A stretch of DNA of 64,000 nt from Euglena gracilis (lineage: Eukaryota), in contig CP154954.1 in NCBI GenBank assembly GCA_039621445.1, positions 32,837,455 through 32,901,454 of the forward strand, written 5' to 3'. Of the stretch, positions 60,871-64,000 are shown piece by piece. The position numbers were made by a program, and so were the translations under genes. Position 1 is the first letter of the stretch, and each line of letters begins with the position of its first letter. Under the pieces are notes generated by a model. It ran no database searches. It was given only the letters and a program-made list of their open reading frames with translations, and was not told the DNA's origin.

Positions 60871-63759
60871 GTGGGAAGGGGGAATGCGCACACACGCGCA
60901 TTGATGTTGAAGGACGCACTGGGTATGGCCTGTTCTTAGGCGGCCAAACTCGCACTTAGCTTTGAAAGTGACTGTAAATTTACGCCGACGGGCAATGCCA
61001 ATTTTTTTTCTGTTTTCGAACACCGAGGCCTGAGACTCGAGACGGCCCGCATTAGTGGTTCCCTGCACCCCCCGGGCCTGGGGACGAAACCAACGACTTA
61101 GAACTCCACAGTCTACGGGCACAGCGCTCCCGAGTCTCAGTGTGCATGAACACAAAGCGCCGGGTAATGAAACGAGGGGACTCCATTGCGCAATTGCGCT
61201 TTGGCGCAACGATTTTTTTCATTAAAAAATAAAACGCTTTGCGCTTTGGCGCAAACTTCTTAATTTTTTGCAATTCAACATGTGGGTGACCATTGCCGCA
61301 TTTGCACAACAATAACAACATAACCCCCCCCCCAAATAACACCCCCCCTGTTTTCCTTTGGTTTCCTATGTAAAAATAACCCCCCCAAATAACACCCCCC
61401 CCCCCCTGGGGCCCCAGTTCGGGTGCCCAAATAATACACCGGGGCGGGGTGTTATTTGGGGGGGTTTATGTGTCAACATGTGTTTCCATTGCGCCACAGC
61501 GCAATGGGCAGGCTTGCGACTTGGCCGTTTTTGGCCGTTTTTTAAGGGTCAAAAAAGCAATGTTTCTGAAATTTCTCAAAAGTGGTGGGGAATCAAAGGA
61601 AATGTCCGGATACCTAAATTGAAGCCCTTAAAATGCCCCATCTAACGGTATTTTGATTTCCCCGCAACTCCCCGCCTAGCCCGAGTTATGGCCATTTTTC
61701 GGCCAATTTTGGCCATTTTGTACATGCCATTTCTGGGTCAAAAAAAGTCGAAAAAAATCGAACAACATTTTTTTTGCCCGAAACGATGTTTCTTGGCCTC
61801 CCGTACCCGGCAAAACTGTTTTTATGCTGATTTGTAAATTAGAAATAATGTAAAATTTGCAATGCTCGTCTTTACTGCCGTCTATCCATTTTTTGCAGCA
61901 CAAGTTTTGCGTCTGTATGATTCAATGCCTAGGCGTCTGTCCTGTTTGAAGCTCGCCAAGTGTGTCTACACCCGACAGGTGTACTGACAGGTCACACTGC
62001 GCCTGATTTGTCACAAACAATTGCTCTAGTGGGGGCAAAAGTGTTTGCAGCCAAAAGGATCAGTGCTGTGCCTCCAAATATCCCCAGTCTTGACTTTAAA
62101 ATATTTTTTGGGGGGCGTTCAAAAAGTTATGAGCAAAAGTCGTTCAAAAAGTTATGCTCCATACTGTATTGCGTGCAAGTCCCATTAAGAGCTCAGTACT
62201 ATTCAAAAACCTGGTCCCGAAGTCGGGTTCTGGTGGAATATTATCAGGATTGAAAATATCGCTTCAAAAAAAGGCAATTCCTAATTTAATTTGTCCAGTT
62301 CCAGGTCTTCCAAAAAACTGCTTTCTTTTATCCCTTAAAAAAACGTACGTGTGCTTTTGGACAGAAGAAAAACTTTAAAGGGAAGAGAAGAAGGGTTCGG
62401 GAGAGGCGATGGTGTTAAAGGAAAGAGGAGGTTAGAGCGATGAACAAATACAGCACAGAAAAGTTGGACTTGGTCCAACCTTGGTTAGCTCTCGGTCATC
62501 CATGGTGACTTTGTGACTCTGCCCGCCGTCAAAAGCAGGACTGAAATCCAGACGCAGATGTTGATTTGTCAAATGGCGGTGAACTTCCGGGATTGTGGAG
62601 GTCAGGCACACCCCAAACAAAATTTCTACTCCCTGTAAAGAAAAAGGAAACAAAGGTACCAACTGCAAAAACAACACAACAACAATAACAAAACAACTTA
62701 ACCCTCTCCTCCCATAGAGGGGTTCAATCTCAGCTGACTTCCATACAGAATGGACAAACCCTTGTTGATGACCGAGGGAGAGAAACACACACACAGGGGG
62801 AACTGTTGGTTGATTATGCGAGAAAAATGAGGGAGTGGGCAAAAGAAGGATAGTCATTCTGCAGGTGTGACTCCTCCTTTCAAGCTCTGTAGTGTGTGCC
62901 TCTGTTTCGGTGTGTGTGTGTGCATGCGCATGTGTAGCTCTGACCCAAAGGTGGGCAATGAGGTTAACGTAGGATGGCTCAGCGTGTGGCATCTGGTTTC
63001 TGGGCACGGCATACTTCAATGGCGATGGACCGACCCACACCGAAAGGATGCATTTTGTTTGCAATGCACATCATTGCACAGAGTGGCTTGCTGGGTGTGT
63101 CCAGTGTGCCGAAATGAAATGCGCAAAAGGGGTGATTGCCACCTGCACCACGCGAACCCGATTAGTGGGAAAGGAAGGGACAGCGGTGGGTCAGAGGAGG
63201 CAGGTTGGAGGGGCAGGGAGGGAAGGGAGCGGTGCTCCGTGAAGTGCCTACGTGAGAGCCGGGGGGAAATGGTGGGAAGGGAGGCCCAGCCCTCCCGTCT
63301 TCGCCCCCCTTTCTCCCGCACTGGCCATCCACGGGTTGGGTGGTTGGGGTGGATGAAGCTACCCCCCCTCGGTCCTGCATGCGGATGAGTGTCAGGACTG
63401 TGCGTGATGAGTCCCAGAACAACCTTCAGGGGAACGACATAGGGAGGGCACATAATGCGGGAGTGGTGTCACATATTCCTTGGCGCGGCTGTTTTCTCAA
63501 CGGGCAAAACAAACTGATGTGGAATAAAACAAATTGTCTTTTGAAGTTCACCTCCTCTTCTTGAAAATGACCAACAGTTTTGTTTTCGCAAACAGAAACG
63601 TGGTTTGTACGGAGGGGACACAAACAAAAATGAATCCCTCTCAAAGACAACTGAGGAAGAGCAAGACGCAAAGGCATCGGGGCTGAAGGGAGGCATTCGC
63701 CCAAATGGGACACACACAGGACAGAAACGGAGTTGGGGCTGGCGGTGGTGGGCAGCGGC

Positions 63760-63920
63760 CTAGAACGACCCGAGGCCGTCGGGGGGCCCCTGCAGGGCCT
63801 TGCGGCCGGTGGGCCGGGGCCCGGGGGCGGTCGGGGAGTGGCTGACCATCCGCTTCCCCAGCAGAGCGCTTCCCTGGTACGTGACGCAGCCCCCCGGTCC
63901 GAGGCGGCCCTTCGGCGTTC
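63760..63920 (-). CDS. Probable exon of an upstream gene extending beyond the window
   Basis: GC-rich island following CCACAG on the minus strand. Frame and product were not determined. Confidence 0.3.
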
Positions 63921-64000
63921 TGTGGACGAGAGGGGTTGGCCCGCAGCGTTTTGAGCTGGGGGTTGTTGTTGTCAATGGTTGCCATCAGGCATTATTTTTT

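Noticed and set aside
62432-63064. 210-aa minus-strand ORF
   Set aside because: It has no recognisable motif and includes microsatellite-derived sequence. It may hide a short exon, but I cannot support one.
1-64000. Autonomous transposase, spliced-leader RNA gene, rRNA or prokaryote-type operons
   Set aside because: None is recognisable by eye. Most track ORFs arise from G/C homopolymer-rich repeats.

Overview
This is eukaryotic nuclear DNA, most likely from a euglenid (Euglena-like). It is repeat-rich and carries short GC-rich exons split by a mix of canonical GT-AG introns and non-conventional introns. The non-conventional introns lack GT-AG and their ends base-pair, with CAG/CAC/CAT at +4..+6 matching CTG/GTG/ATG at -8..-6. 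By hand I could assemble five co-directional minus-strand genes: a PIH1D2-like protein, PDCD5, a single-domain FKBP, a possibly TMEM82-like membrane protein and a ~25 kb gene for a repeat-containing membrane protein. There is also a tRNA-Ala(CGC)-like gene. Most ORFs in the supplied track are spurious. Introns and spacers are packed with non-autonomous hAT-like MITEs that mostly have CA...TG/TA termini and 8-bp target-site duplications (TSDs), some nested three deep. The main finding is that at least two MITE copies sit inside coding sequence and appear to act as non-conventional introns. The +4/-6 pairing geometry removes the element plus 3+5 = 8 flanking nt, exactly one TSD copy, which restores the reading frame. 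The window therefore appears to show young, intermediate and old stages of intron birth from hAT MITEs. All splice models are inferred from DNA alone and need RNA confirmation.
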